NCBI RefSeq assembly: GCF_037042905.1
Contig: NC_087250.1
Span: 24,554,001 to 24,618,000, forward strand
Source of the DNA: Lytechinus pictus
Taxonomy: Eukaryota
Length of the DNA: 64,000 nucleotides
Reading direction: 5' to 3'
Positions 1 to 11,050 of this stretch are shown piece by piece. Below the pieces are notes generated by a model. That model saw only the letters and a list, made by a program, of their open reading frames with translations, was not told the origin of the DNA and did no database searches. Numbering within the stretch: position 1 is the first letter of the stretch; each line of letters opens with the position of its first letter. The translations under genes were made by a program, and so were the position numbers.

Positions 1-702
1 GAATTTAGTTTGTTTGGTTCATTATTATAAAGTAGACGCCCTCTCCCCCCCCCCCCCCCGCTGTTTTGTCATTACCACTTGGTAGTTGCGTTATGTGCTA
101 TCTACAAACCATTCCTATTTATTGGGGAGGGTGTGGTAGATGGGGTAGGGTGGAACTGGTGGGTCTATTTAAAGATTGATAGCTGAGATGTTGATGTATT
201 TCAGATTTTGTATAATAACATAATTCAATAATGATAACAATAATAGTTACATTTATGTAGCGCTTCATACGTTGGTTTCTAAGCATTTTACATATGTCAT
301 TATTATCACCCTGGTCATAGGATCCACCACTGTTCCACACACAAAGTGCACCATCTCCACTCTCTGTGAGCATCCTGGCCAGGCAACCATTTATCGGTTC
401 ACACATGCCAAGCTAATCGCATTGACGTTCACATCCTATCGCGTACCCATTTAACACCTGGGTCGAGAATTGCAAAGTGTGGATTGTATGTAGCTAGATA
501 GTTCTACTTGTGAAAATTTGAAGTTTCCACCCTTGGTAGACGTAGGTACTGCAATATCAAACAAATGTACAACATAATTAAAGTGAACAGTATTTTTTTT
601 TTCAATGCACATAAACATACAGACATTACAATCATCATTACTGTCAGTATTTTCTTTCACAGAGTTCGTTTATGATCAATCTGAATCTTATGCATCGTTG
701 CC

Positions 703-1389
703 TCACTTGCCACCATCTTCGGTATCATCTGTTTCTCCTTCACTGCTGTCTTCATCCTGGTATTGGAATAATCCCTCAAATTTTGTCTTATGTCTGGCTA
801 CTACACGGCGAATGGCTTTCCACTTCTTCATGCCATTTTCTACTTTCTTCATGATGTCAGAAAGGATTTCGTAATTGGTGTCATCATCTTCAAGGTACAA
901 GCTCTGTCGCAAGAAGTTAGAGTAGTGGTCAAAGAAGATTCGTTTAACAGCCCATAGAACTTTCACATGGGCTTTTTCTTTAGCATCATTATCACTCATA
1001 CCATTGGAGATATACTTTTTGTATTTTTCATTCCTCGACTCCTCAGTTGCTATCATGGCCATTTCTAACCATTCATGGTAAGCCTGGTTATCTTCAAGTT
1101 CTCCTGTCTCGTCCATCTCTGAATTCATTGATTCTTCCTCTCCTCCACTTTCCGAGTCCTCGGATGGTGCATTGCCGTCATGGATAGCCTCCGCAACTCG
1201 GTGCTTTTTAGATGGAGGTTCATACTGAGAATCATCTTCGCTATCCTCTTTTTCGTATTCAGTGTCTTCGTGGTCTTCCATTTTGGGGTGTACAATCTGT
1301 TCGTGCCTCTTGAGATCAAATTTTCGACCATATGATTTATTACACAGTGAACAACTGTAGCGCTTGGACATGAAACTATTCATGTTCAT
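703..1389 (-). CDS. Intronless C2H2 zinc-finger/acidic protein, left copy (Maverick/Polinton-like accessory ORF)
   Basis: CSLCNKSYGRKFDLKRHEQIVH finger, D/E-rich tract, NLS-like PPSKKHR, helical C-terminal domain. First in-frame ATG at 1389. Confidence 0.75.
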   Translation of the reverse strand: MNMNSFMSKRYSCSLCNKSYGRKFDLKRHEQIVHPKMEDHEDTEYEKEDSEDDSQYEPPSKKHRVAEAIHDGNAPSEDSESGGEEESMNSEMDETGELEDNQAYHEWLEMAMIATEESRNEKYKKYISNGMSDNDAKEKAHVKVLWAVKRIFFDHYSNFLRQSLYLEDDDTNYEILSDIMKKVENGMKKWKAIRRVVARHKTKFEGLFQYQDEDSSEGETDDTEDGGK

Positions 1390-1443
1390 TCGTTGAAGTT
1401 CCGTTTGCAAATGACACAGAGCAACTGAATCTTCATACTTGTA

Positions 1444-1675
1444 CACTCTAAATTACAGGGATTTAAAACAAGTCCACATGGACTGTAGTTAGGGACCAAT
1501 CGAATTCCGGATTTAGTTTGAATCCTTAAGATTCATTTTTAAATCTCGAAAGATTTAAATTTAAATCATTTGAGATATAAATTTAAGTCGTTAGGATTAA
1601 AACTAAATTCAGAAATCGATTGGTCCCTAGCTACAGTCCATCTGGACTTATTTTAAATCCCTGTAATTTAGAGTG
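1444..1675. mobile_element. Palindromic MITE (CACTC...GAGTG), TA target duplication
   Basis: Ungapped palindrome centred at 1559/1560 with about 16 mismatches per 120 bp. TA at 1442-1443 and 1676-1677; removing it restores pairing with the right arm. Confidence 0.85.
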
Positions 1676-1903
1676 TACAGATCGCATTGCCGCAAATAAA
1701 CATGGCGTTTACGCCGTAACGCCGTTGACGGCGCTCGGGATGCATTGATACGGCGTAAACGCCGTTTTTATTTGCGGCAATGCGATCTGTACGAGTCTGA
1801 AGATTCAGTTGCTCTTTGACGCCGTAGCAATGCATCCCGAGCGCCGTCAACGGCGTTACGGCGTAAACGCCGCTTTTATTTTTATTTGCGGCAATGCGAT
1901 CTG
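1676..1903. repeat. GC-rich branched hairpin at the palindrome axis, present in two inverted forms
   Basis: Stem tacagatcgcattgccgcaaataaa/tttatttgcggcaatgcgatctgta. Inner segment acgccgttgacggcgctcgggatgcattg (~1719-1747) recurs as its reverse complement (~1828-1856). Confidence 0.9.
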
Positions 1904-1957
1904 TACAAGTATGAAGATTCAGTTGCTCTGTGTCATTTGCAAACGGAACTTCAACGA

Positions 1958-2644
1958 ATGAACATGAATAGTTTCATGTCCAAGCGCTACAGTTGTTCAC
2001 TGTGTAATAAATCATATGGTCGAAAATTTGATCTCAAGAGGCACGAACAGATTGTACACCCCAAAATGGAAGACCACGAAGACACTGAATACGAAAAAGA
2101 GGATAGCGAAGATGATTCTCAGTATGAACCTCCATCTAAAAAGCACCGAGTTGCGGAGGCTATCCATGACGGCAATGCACCATCCGAGGACTCGGAAAGT
2201 GGAGGAGAGGAAGAATCAATGAATTCAGAGATGGACGAGACAGGAGAACTTGAAGATAACCAGGCTTACCATGAATGGTTAGAAATGGCCATGATAGCAA
2301 CTGAGGAGTCGAGGAATGAAAAATACAAAAAGTATATCTCCAATGGTATGAGTGATGATGATGCTAAAGAAAAAGCCCATGTGAAAGTTCTATGGGCTGT
2401 TAAACGAATCTTCTTTGACCACTACTCTAACTTCTTGCGACAGAGCTTGTACCTTGAAGATGATGACACCAATTACGAAATCCTTTCTGACATCATGAAG
2501 AAAGTAGAAAATGGCATGAAGAAGTGGAAAGCCATTCGCCGTGTAGTAGCCAGACATAAGACAAAATTTGAGGGATTATTCCAATACCAGGATGAAGACA
2601 GCAGTGAAGGAGAAACAGATGATACCGAAGATGGTGGCAAGTGA
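1958..2644 (+). CDS. Intronless C2H2 zinc-finger/acidic protein, right copy (Maverick/Polinton-like accessory ORF)
   Basis: Mirror of 703-1389. ATG at 1958 (alternatives 1964, 1976), TGA ends at 2644, TCAGTT Inr-like motif at 1919-1924. Family assignment is from recall, not from a search. Confidence 0.75.
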   Translation: MNMNSFMSKRYSCSLCNKSYGRKFDLKRHEQIVHPKMEDHEDTEYEKEDSEDDSQYEPPSKKHRVAEAIHDGNAPSEDSESGGEEESMNSEMDETGELEDNQAYHEWLEMAMIATEESRNEKYKKYISNGMSDDDAKEKAHVKVLWAVKRIFFDHYSNFLRQSLYLEDDDTNYEILSDIMKKVENGMKKWKAIRRVVARHKTKFEGLFQYQDEDSSEGETDDTEDGGK

Positions 2645-2859
2645 GGCAACGATGCATAAGATTCAGATTGATCATAAACGAACTCTGTGAAAGAAAATAC
2701 TGACAGTAATGATGATTGTAATGTCTGTATGTTTATGTGCATTGAAAAAAAAAATACTGTTCACTTTAATTATGTTGTACATTTGTTTGATATTGCAGTA
2801 CCTACGTCTACCAAGGGTGGAAACTTCAAATTTTCACAAGTAGAACTATCTAGCTACAT

Positions 2860-3095
2860 ACAATCCACACTTTGCAATTCTCGACCCAGGTGTTAAATGG
2901 GTACGCGATAGGATGTGAACGTCAATGCGATTAGCTTGGCATGTGTGAACCGATAAATGGTTGCCTGGCCAGGATGCTCACAGAGAGTGGAGATGGTGCA
3001 CTTTGTGTGTGGAACAGTGGTGGATCCTATGACCAGGGTGATAATAATGACATATGTAAAATGCTTAGAAACCAACGTATGAAGCGCTACATAAA
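2860..3095 (+). mobile_element. 5'-truncated SINE (mirror copy at ~252-487, minus strand)
   Basis: atccacactttgcaattctcgacccaggtg core matches the tRNA-headed element at ~32910-33165. Confidence 0.7.
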
Positions 3096-4158
3096 TGTAA
3101 CTATTATTGTTATCATTATTGAATTATGTTATTATACAAAATCTGAAATACATCAACATCTCAGCTATCAATCTTTAAATAGACCCACCAGTTCCACCCT
3201 ACCCCATCTACCACACCCTCCCCAATAAATAGGAATGGTTTGTAGATAGCACATAACGCAACTACCAAGTGGTAATGACAAAACAGCGGGGGGGGGGGGG
3301 GGAGAGGGCGTCTACTTTATAATAATGAACCAAACAAACTAAATTCAAATCTGAAGTATGAAACAATATGTAGATTATTTTATCGAATAAAATCAAGAAT
3401 AATATACCAGCAATTGAATTGAATCACTAATATAGAACAAGAATAAAAATGAAAAACAGGGAAAAAAACTGGTCTAAAAGTGAAAAGGAATGCATGCGCA
3501 TCATGCCCTTTATCACTGACATATATTCCACTCTAAAATCGTCAAACCAAATGACCAATCAGGTTCTATCTAATAAGGTGGGTGTGTCCAAAGAAATATC
3601 AGAATGTAATTCATTGATCATATTGTATATACTCAGACCTTCACAGACAAATACATGTCTGATTATCCTGCTCAAGGAAACCAAGTGGCTAATCCCCAGA
3701 TCCCCAGGTATATGGCTCAGTGACCCCCCCCCCTTGCTCCATGAATGATTTTAGAACAAAAGAATGTGCTTCCGGATAAAGGAAGACACTGGGAGGATGC
3801 ATCATTAACGAATATCCACATTCCTATTGTTTACAGGATGTCATCGGAATGATGTCTTATTAACGAAGATCCGCTTCCTTATTGTCACCGGAAGTCACAC
3901 TAATTAACCAATTTCCGCTTCCCTATTGTTTACCGGAAGAAGTAATTAACACCTTCAGTAGGGTATATTCTATGCTGCTTACGCCACTGATGAGGAGAAT
4001 TAGTCGATTGCTTCGAGATTGCATTATTCCCAAGAGGTTATCATTAATATTATTGAAGGGTATTCTAACACAACAGTACAGAAACTACAGCTCCCGTTCA
4101 CAGAATATTCTAGTAGGGCCTACTCTGGTAAGAAGTTAAACCAAATTGAACCCCCCCC

Positions 4159-4190
<32 letters not shown>

Positions 4191-4447
4191 CGCTCGTGCT
4201 TTGCGCTCCCATTGATATTACATTATATATTCATGGATTTTTTTTTTCAAGAACACATGAAAAAGTGGTCTTTGGTTTTTTTTAAATGTGATTATAAGAT
4301 AATTCAAAATCCATTTAAGGCACTTTAGTTAGGCTGGCCGGGAGGGAGTGGGCGCCATTTTTCGAAAAGTACACATATGGGCGCCAAAAATCAGGTCAAA
4401 TTTGCCCCCCCCCCTCTCCCTCCCCACGAAATCCTGGATCCGCGCCT

Positions 4448-5402
4448 GGGTTCTATAACAATAACCCAATTAGGGCAATCACCCCCTGACAACTACTTCA
4501 AGGAAAATATTATCCCCATATTTTTACCGGCGGGGACTGATACCCCCCCCCCCGGAAATTTACCCTCCAGATAATTACCCCGGATAATTACCCCTAGTAT
4601 GGAGCCTTGAAAATGCCATTAACGTGACGACATGGCGTGGTACTTTATCTTGCCATGTCTTAATTAATCATTGGCGGCGGAAGGCAAACAAATTTAGGGG
4701 GGTCCACCTGAAATTTTGGGATGGACACAGGTTAAAAAATTGACAAGCAAATCAACCAAAAATTGTAGGAAGGACCACCAATTTTGAAAAAAATTTGACA
4801 AGAAAAACGGTTATAAACCAAAATTAGGGGGACAAAAAGATTTTAGGGGGGTCCACCTCAATTTAGGGGGGACGTAGAAAACAAATTGACAAGCAAAAAA
4901 AAAAGGTTCTCAACTAAAAATCTAGGGGGGACCGTCCCCCACCTCAAATTTAGGAGGAAAGGTCCCCCCCCCCCGCTTCCGCCGCCTAAGTAATTAATAC
5001 GCTTATTATTTTGACATAGCGATATATTCTATCTTGTCAAGTCGATATGTCCACATGGCGAGATATGAAGTGTACAAGCCCCGGCGAGAATCCCGATATA
5101 TCGCTATGTTGACATGTAACTTATTTAAGTCGACTTGGCAAGATAAAATATCTCGCCATGTTGACATATAACTTTTTATAAGTGGACTGACTTGGCAGGA
5201 TAACGTATCGCGCCATTATTTAGTCGACATGGCAAGATAAAGTATCTCGCCATGTCGTCAAGTCGATGGCTCCGTATGGCGTCTAGAGGGTAAATTTCCG
5301 GGGGGGGGGGTAACAGTCCCTGACGATAAAATATGGGGATAATATTTTCCTTGAAGTAGATGTCAGGGGGCGATTGTCCTTTGGGTCATCGTTATAGAAC
5401 CC
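4448..5402. mobile_element. Outer MITE of a three-level nest
   Basis: TIRs gggttctataac...cttcaaggaaaatattatccccatattt and the reverse complement at ~5328-5402. Contains a second element at 4598-5276 (tatggagcc...ggctccgta). Confidence 0.8.
4669..4990. mobile_element. hAT-like MITE with 8-bp TSD
   Basis: Ends cattggcggcggaag / cttccgccgcctaag; taattaat on both flanks (4661-4668, 4991-4998). Confidence 0.8.
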
Positions 5403-5481
5403 CAATGGACTCGTATCATTGGCCTTTTGACCTCTTGATGGCATTGGATCTCACTATATCCTGACCATAATTTTACACACA

Positions 5482-5671
5482 CCGCGGGCTATCGGACCCG
5501 CGGTCTATCGGACCCGCGGACTATCGAACCCGCGGTCTATCGGACCCGCGGTCTATCGGACCCGCGGACTATCGGACCCGCGGTCTATCGGACCCGCGGT
5601 CTATCGGACCCGCGGACTATCGGACCCGCGGTCTATCGGACCCGCGGGCTATCGGACCCGCGGTCTATCGG
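5482..5671. repeat. 16-bp GC-rich minisatellite (ccgcggNctatcggac), about 12 copies
   Basis: Direct tandem units with no spacers; variation is mostly at one position. Confidence 0.95.
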
Positions 5672-5692
5672 GCTGTAACCGCTTACACGTAC

Positions 5693-7028
5693 CGCTTCGT
5701 TTCCAGGAAGGTCGTTATACATCTGAAGATTAACTACAAACTCTTGTCCTCTTTCAATCCTGTCTGGGATGTACAGTCAGTCCGCAAGCCCCTGTGTTAA
5801 TGAGCAAATGAGCAAGATTTATCCAAGTCCTCTCGTGGCTGAATTCATGTCCCTGCAAAATCTCGTGAATTGTGAGACTTTCTTTCTCAAAGAATTTAAC
5901 CACTTTTTTCTTGAGTAATATTGATTATTTTTGTACCATGGGCAAGAGTAAATGTTACTCTTTTATATTGCTCATTTCTTTTGAATGAAATATTTTGATA
6001 AATAAGTGAATTTTTTACCTGAAAAGATGCATCAAACAGAATTTTCTTCCTCTGTTTTCACTTGCAAATTGTGCAACATTTTGTGTTTTAGGCACCAACA
6101 TTATTTATATCATCAGAAAGCTCAAACTCTATACTTTCTTACAATGTCACTCTTGATATGTGGCATCTTTTAGATGGGTCAGCAGCCAGCTTTGTCCATC
6201 AAGATGCAAGACGAGATTTCTGAAATTTCTGAGTAACATAAAATCCAGAGTTCTGATTGGCTGAATACTGTTTTCAAAACAAACAGGCGCGGTTAATTTG
6301 AAGAGATTACCACATGGTGAGTGTGACCTTGCAGAGGCCCAGTGTGGGGAACATAGGAATTTGCGTGGGTGTGCTGTCTCTATGACCAATAAGAGCGCAG
6401 TATTCTTGTTTTTGAGCTGCAAAATGTACTTGGCCTATGAAAAGCTGGCTGCTGACCCATCTAAAATACATCTTCTTATAAAAATTATATCATATTAAAG
6501 CTTAGATCTTCAGCTTTATCATGATCTAAAAATAATTTGTGCCCAAACGGAAATTAAGTGTGAAAACAACAACTGTTGTTGCATGAAAAAAATATTTTGT
6601 TTCATTTTTTAGATCAAAATTTTTTTCCTATATTACAACATCCTTTTAAAAATCCAAACACATGACCTGAAAGAATGATTCTTCTTCTTTACAAAAATAC
6701 CAAAAACATGAAATTTTGTCAATATTTAGAGCAGCAATGGCCGAATAAAAAGAGGTGTTTTGGTTCGCACCAAGCTCATTAACTATGCAAAAACCCTCTA
6801 GTCATGAATATCACTTGGATAAAAGAAGCTACTTTTTCAGGGCTTGCGGACTGACTGTGTATGGAGTACACATAAGTTGCTGTCGGATCACATGTTGTTC
6901 AAGAGGAATCATAATCCACCACTCAGCACAGTAGCTGACGTACAGTTCAAGATGTTTCTTGTAGAGTCTGCAGTATGGTGGTTTCTCTGGTGAGCTGGAT
7001 GATTGCTTCCTTGAAGTTATTGGTAGAT
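5693..7028 (-). pseudogene. ZU5-end/UPA exon split by a DNA transposon
   Basis: Removing 5774-6857 and one TGTA gives ...QQLMCTPY-IPDRIERGQEFVVNLQMYNDLPGNEA|GT in one frame. Confidence 0.85.
5774..6857. mobile_element. Non-autonomous DNA transposon, 18-bp TIR, 4-bp TSD (TGTA)
   Basis: cagtcagtccgcaagccc (5774-5791) and gggcttgcggactgactg (6840-6857); tgta on both flanks. Confidence 0.92.
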
Positions 7029-7259
7029 CTTGTTTTACCAATCCCCAAAATAGAAAAGATCAATAAACATTGAATGAATTATATCAGGACTTTCGAGATC
7101 GTCAAAATGGTCAGACAAGGTTATATAAGAAACAATATCAGTAGACGCGGTAATGGTGTATGATTTGGGGTCCGACCACTTGACCGAAGGCCCTCGAGAC
7201 CGAAGACCCGCGAGACCGATTTTTTTTCCTTCATCAGGTGCCGAGTGGTTTGAGACGCC

Positions 7260-10120
7260 TCGTTGCAGCGGCGTATGCCTGTTATCAAGGGGGGGGGGGG
7301 GGCAGAGCCAAATATTTCCCGGTAACTCCGTCTAGAATTAGTGACATAACTATGATTTCAGTTTAGGGGCGGGAGTGAGCACGGGAAGCGCGCTCCCGGG
7401 ACGGGGGTGCAGTGAGTGGGAGTGTCCGGGGTAGAGACAACGGTAACTAAGTCCAGAAGGATTTCATTTTAGGGGGCGGTAGTGATCACGCGAAGTGGCG
7501 AAAAACTTAATACTGAGCGCGCGAAAGGCGCTCCCTATAACATGTATATTAAAGGTGGAGTTTTCCCCCTCCCACGCAAAGCACGGAAGCTCCGACGTTT
7601 TCTTCGGATTGTTCTTTGTCTGCTCCCGCTCCTTTTACATTCTCTGCCTGTTATCGGGGGGGGGGGGGGGGCGGGGCAAATAATTCCCGGTAACTAAATT
7701 TAGAATCAGTGGCTTTGCTAGGATTTCATTTAAGCATGTTTAAGGGGGCGGTGGTGAGCACGCAAATCGTGCGAAACACTTACTGCGCGCACGAAACGGC
7801 CCTCGATCTAGGGGGGGGGGGGGGAGGTGCAGGGAGGGAGAGTTTCCGCTACTTACAGTGTAAACTTATGTTGCTTAATTTCACTAACACTGCTTTAATA
7901 ACTTTACTCATTAAACGTTTATTTTTGTGGTAATTCTGCTTCATGATCTTGTGCATTTAATGTTTAACAAGAAAACTGGAAATATTATGGAAATACATGC
8001 ACTTGGAACATTGAACCTTCATTATCGGCAATCCTATCGTAGCATTTTTTTCTTATTTAAAAAGAAAATAGGAAGAACAAAAAGGTGAAAGTTCTAAAGA
8101 AAAGAACGTCCATTAATTTGTCACTCAAATATAAGTTTTCCTCCGGGAAGCCTGTCCTCGGGAGAATGGTCCTTCGGGGGAGTTTTCATTGGGGACTTGT
8201 CATGGGGGAGTCTCCCTCCGGAGGAGAAGTCCTTTCGGGGAGTTGTCCAAAACCAGTTTTTTATTGTTGTTGTTACTATACATTTTTGTTATCATGATAT
8301 CAGCAGTAGCATCAGTAGTACAATTAGAAGTCGTATAGTAGTAGTCGGAGTCGTAGTAGTCGTAGTCGTAGTAGTAGTATAGTGATAAACCTAATATTTG
8401 TTTCTATTGTCCTTATTATTCACCATTATTATCGTTATCATCATACGATTATTGATATTTTATTGATATTTTTAATGTATAGGGAGCGTGAAAGAGGAAG
8501 GACATGCACAAGATAGATAGGAAAGAGGAATAGAGAATGCAGATGAAGAAAAAATGGTAGATGAGGTAAATGATAATAACAATAGCCGTAAAATGATAGG
8601 AAAATAAATTAATAGAAGCGCCGTGTTCGCCTAAAGCATAGAGAAAAGACCTAGACAAAAATCACAAAGACAAAAGAAGCGAAATTATTTAGGAATGAGA
8701 TGTTAACATAATTAAAGAGAACAGAGAAGGAGAGAGGAGGGGGGGGGGGGGTCAGGAGGAACGATAGGAAAAATTGGTAAAAGAGCAGTGAGAAAAGTAA
8801 AGAGGAAAAAAAAATTGGCAGAATGTCAAATTTTTTGATGTGCTTTGTGTCTATCAGTGTGTGGGATTAGTGTCTGCGTTTCTTTGCAAATATATTTAGG
8901 ATATTTCTGAAAAACAAATCTTGAAATTTGCAACAGCCCACTTTGGATGCGGCGCCACTGTATTTTGGCTCATCAGTCTAATTGTTGTAACATTTTTTGG
9001 TTTCACCTCGGTTGTGCAGATTTCTTTAAAGACGATGGTATGATTTCGTTAGACGATGAAGTGAGAGAGGGGATGGGGTGTCCGATTTTGTAGTATTATT
9101 AAAAGCATTTTTGCAAACTATCCCCAGTCTAATAATACTCCGGCAGGAGCTGAAATATTATCTAAAAACAATGATATAAAAAAAAAGGAATCTATTAATG
9201 GATAGTTGAATGAACGAATAAATAAATAAATTAACAATTATATTTATAAATTGATTACACCCTCGTAGCAAAACGCCACCCCCAAGAAAAAAGGGGGAAA
9301 TGAGAGTGAGAAAATAAAAAGGTATAGGAGAACGTAAGACGAGCGAGAGCAATCAAGGAATAGTTCAAGGGATTGTCACAGCTTCTCCCTCCATGCACCC
9401 CTGGAACGCGTTTTGCGTGCTCAGTAGGGCCTAAGTGTTCGCCACTAATTTTAGAATTAGTTAACGGGAAATTTTTCGCTGTGCCCCTCCCCATTTCCGG
9501 CAGAAACGTAAGAGCGGATGCAGACAAGTAACGCTTCAAAGAAACGTCGGAGCTTCCGCAATTCGAAATCCCCCCCCCCCCCGTTAACAGGCAGAGAACG
9601 TAAGAACAGCAGCGGGCAAGGAACGATTCGAATAAAACGTCGGAGCTTCCGTGCTTCGCGGGAGGTCGGGGGGGGGGGGAAACTCCCCATATAATATGGA
9701 GCGCCAATTGCGCGCTCATTATTAAGTATTTCGCACACTTCGCGTGCTCACTACAGCCCCCTAAAGTTAAATCCTTGCAAAACAACTGATTCTGGACTTA
9801 GTTACCGGGAATTCCTTTGCTCTGTCCTCACCCCCCCCCCCTCCGATAACAGGCAGAGGACGTATTAAGATGAGCGAGAGCAGATAAAGAACAACTCAAA
9901 GGAACGTCGGACCTTCCGTGCTTCGTGCGGGGGGGGGGGGGGGTACACTCCACTCCCTGCACCCCCCCCCCCACCCCTGGAACCCGCTTCCCGTGCTCAC
10001 TACTGCCCCCTAAACTGAAATCCTAGTTATGTCTCTAATTCTAGATGGAATTACTGGAAAATATTTGGCTCTGCCCCCTCCCCACTCTGATAACAGGCAC
10101 CTGTTACGCCGCTGCAACGA
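7260..10120. mobile_element. Foldback-like element with long modular inverted arms
   Basis: tcgttgcagcggcgta... (7260 to ~7830) is inverted at ~9380-10120. gacgcc lies on both flanks; the interior is non-coding. Confidence 0.75.
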
Positions 10121-10209
10121 GACGCCGATGCAGGGGGGGGGTGCAGGAAAAAAATAAAATCATGTGTATAAAGTGTATGTGCATATTTTCTCATTCTCTA
10201 TGGAATTAC

Positions 10210-10551
10210 CTTTAATTGAGTCCCACATCCGACAAACGATGTCTGGTTTCACCTGCTCTGGATTGATGACAAAGGAACAGTGTGGTATAGTGATCCTAAC
10301 AGGTTGGTTGAAGATCACGGTTTGGGGCTCACACCTGATCCCACAGCAGGCCATTGATTCACTTACTAGGATATCAACACCGGGATTGTCTCTTATGGTG
10401 GTTAGTGTGATCTGACAAGAATCATCCTGGGGAACTGCTCCAGGAGGAATGTACATCGATATCCCATGGTCTTCTAGTTTGATTTCCTGACTGGTATTAC
10501 TTTTTACTTCTGCAGAAACCTCGGCAGAGATGAATGACCTATTAGTGATTT
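10210..10551 (-). CDS. ZU5-domain exon of the ankyrin gene
   Basis: LEDHGISMYIPPGAV...CGIRCEP...FNQPVRITIPHC; ttcag acceptor, GTAAT donor, phase 1-1. Confidence 0.85.
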
Positions 10552-11050
10552 CTGAAGATACAGGAAGTGAACAGTTAGACCAATGGTGTATACAATCCAT
10601 GACAAACGAAATACATTCATATATATATTATGAATGAATTAGAGCTCCACGACCCCGTTGCAGAAAAAGTTGCGATCAAACGCAACTCAAAAAATCTTGC
10701 GCAACTTGATTTCCAGCCAGTGAGGTACCCGTATTCAGGACTTGCGCACGATATTTTGACTCGCCTTTCAACGCAACTCTTTCTGCAACAGGCCCCGGAA
10801 GAGTAACACTTAAAATTACAGCAGTTTACATGGTTCATCTTTATCTTAATAGTACAGTCACCATTAGACTTACCCATGTGTTTGTCATCATCATCAAGTC
10901 ATCAAGTTATTATCATCTTTAATAAATATATGCATAAACTATATATCCTTTATTACTTCGTCTCCATTTAATATAATGCTGGTTGAAAGAAAAGATAAAC
11001 TAGATCCAACGCTAACATGGTGGAGAACCCTTTTTTCAACCAGCGAGATA

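Larger units (their letters stand above)
1..3346. repeat. Giant inverted repeat (arms 1-1445 and 1902-3346; may continue left of the window)
   Basis: Position i pairs with 3347-i (e.g. 1-20 gaatttagtttgtttggttc vs 3327-3346) and the ORF track is mirrored. The only difference noticed is 990/2357 (Asn/Asp). Confidence 0.97.

Noticed and set aside
1886..1957. N-terminal extension of the ZnF ORF shown in the ORF track
   Set aside because: Non-ATG start within the hairpin, differing between the two copies; the first ATG is at 1958.
5482..5671. Regular short repeats resembling a CRISPR array
   Set aside because: No unique spacers, 16-bp contiguous units, eukaryotic context and no cas genes.
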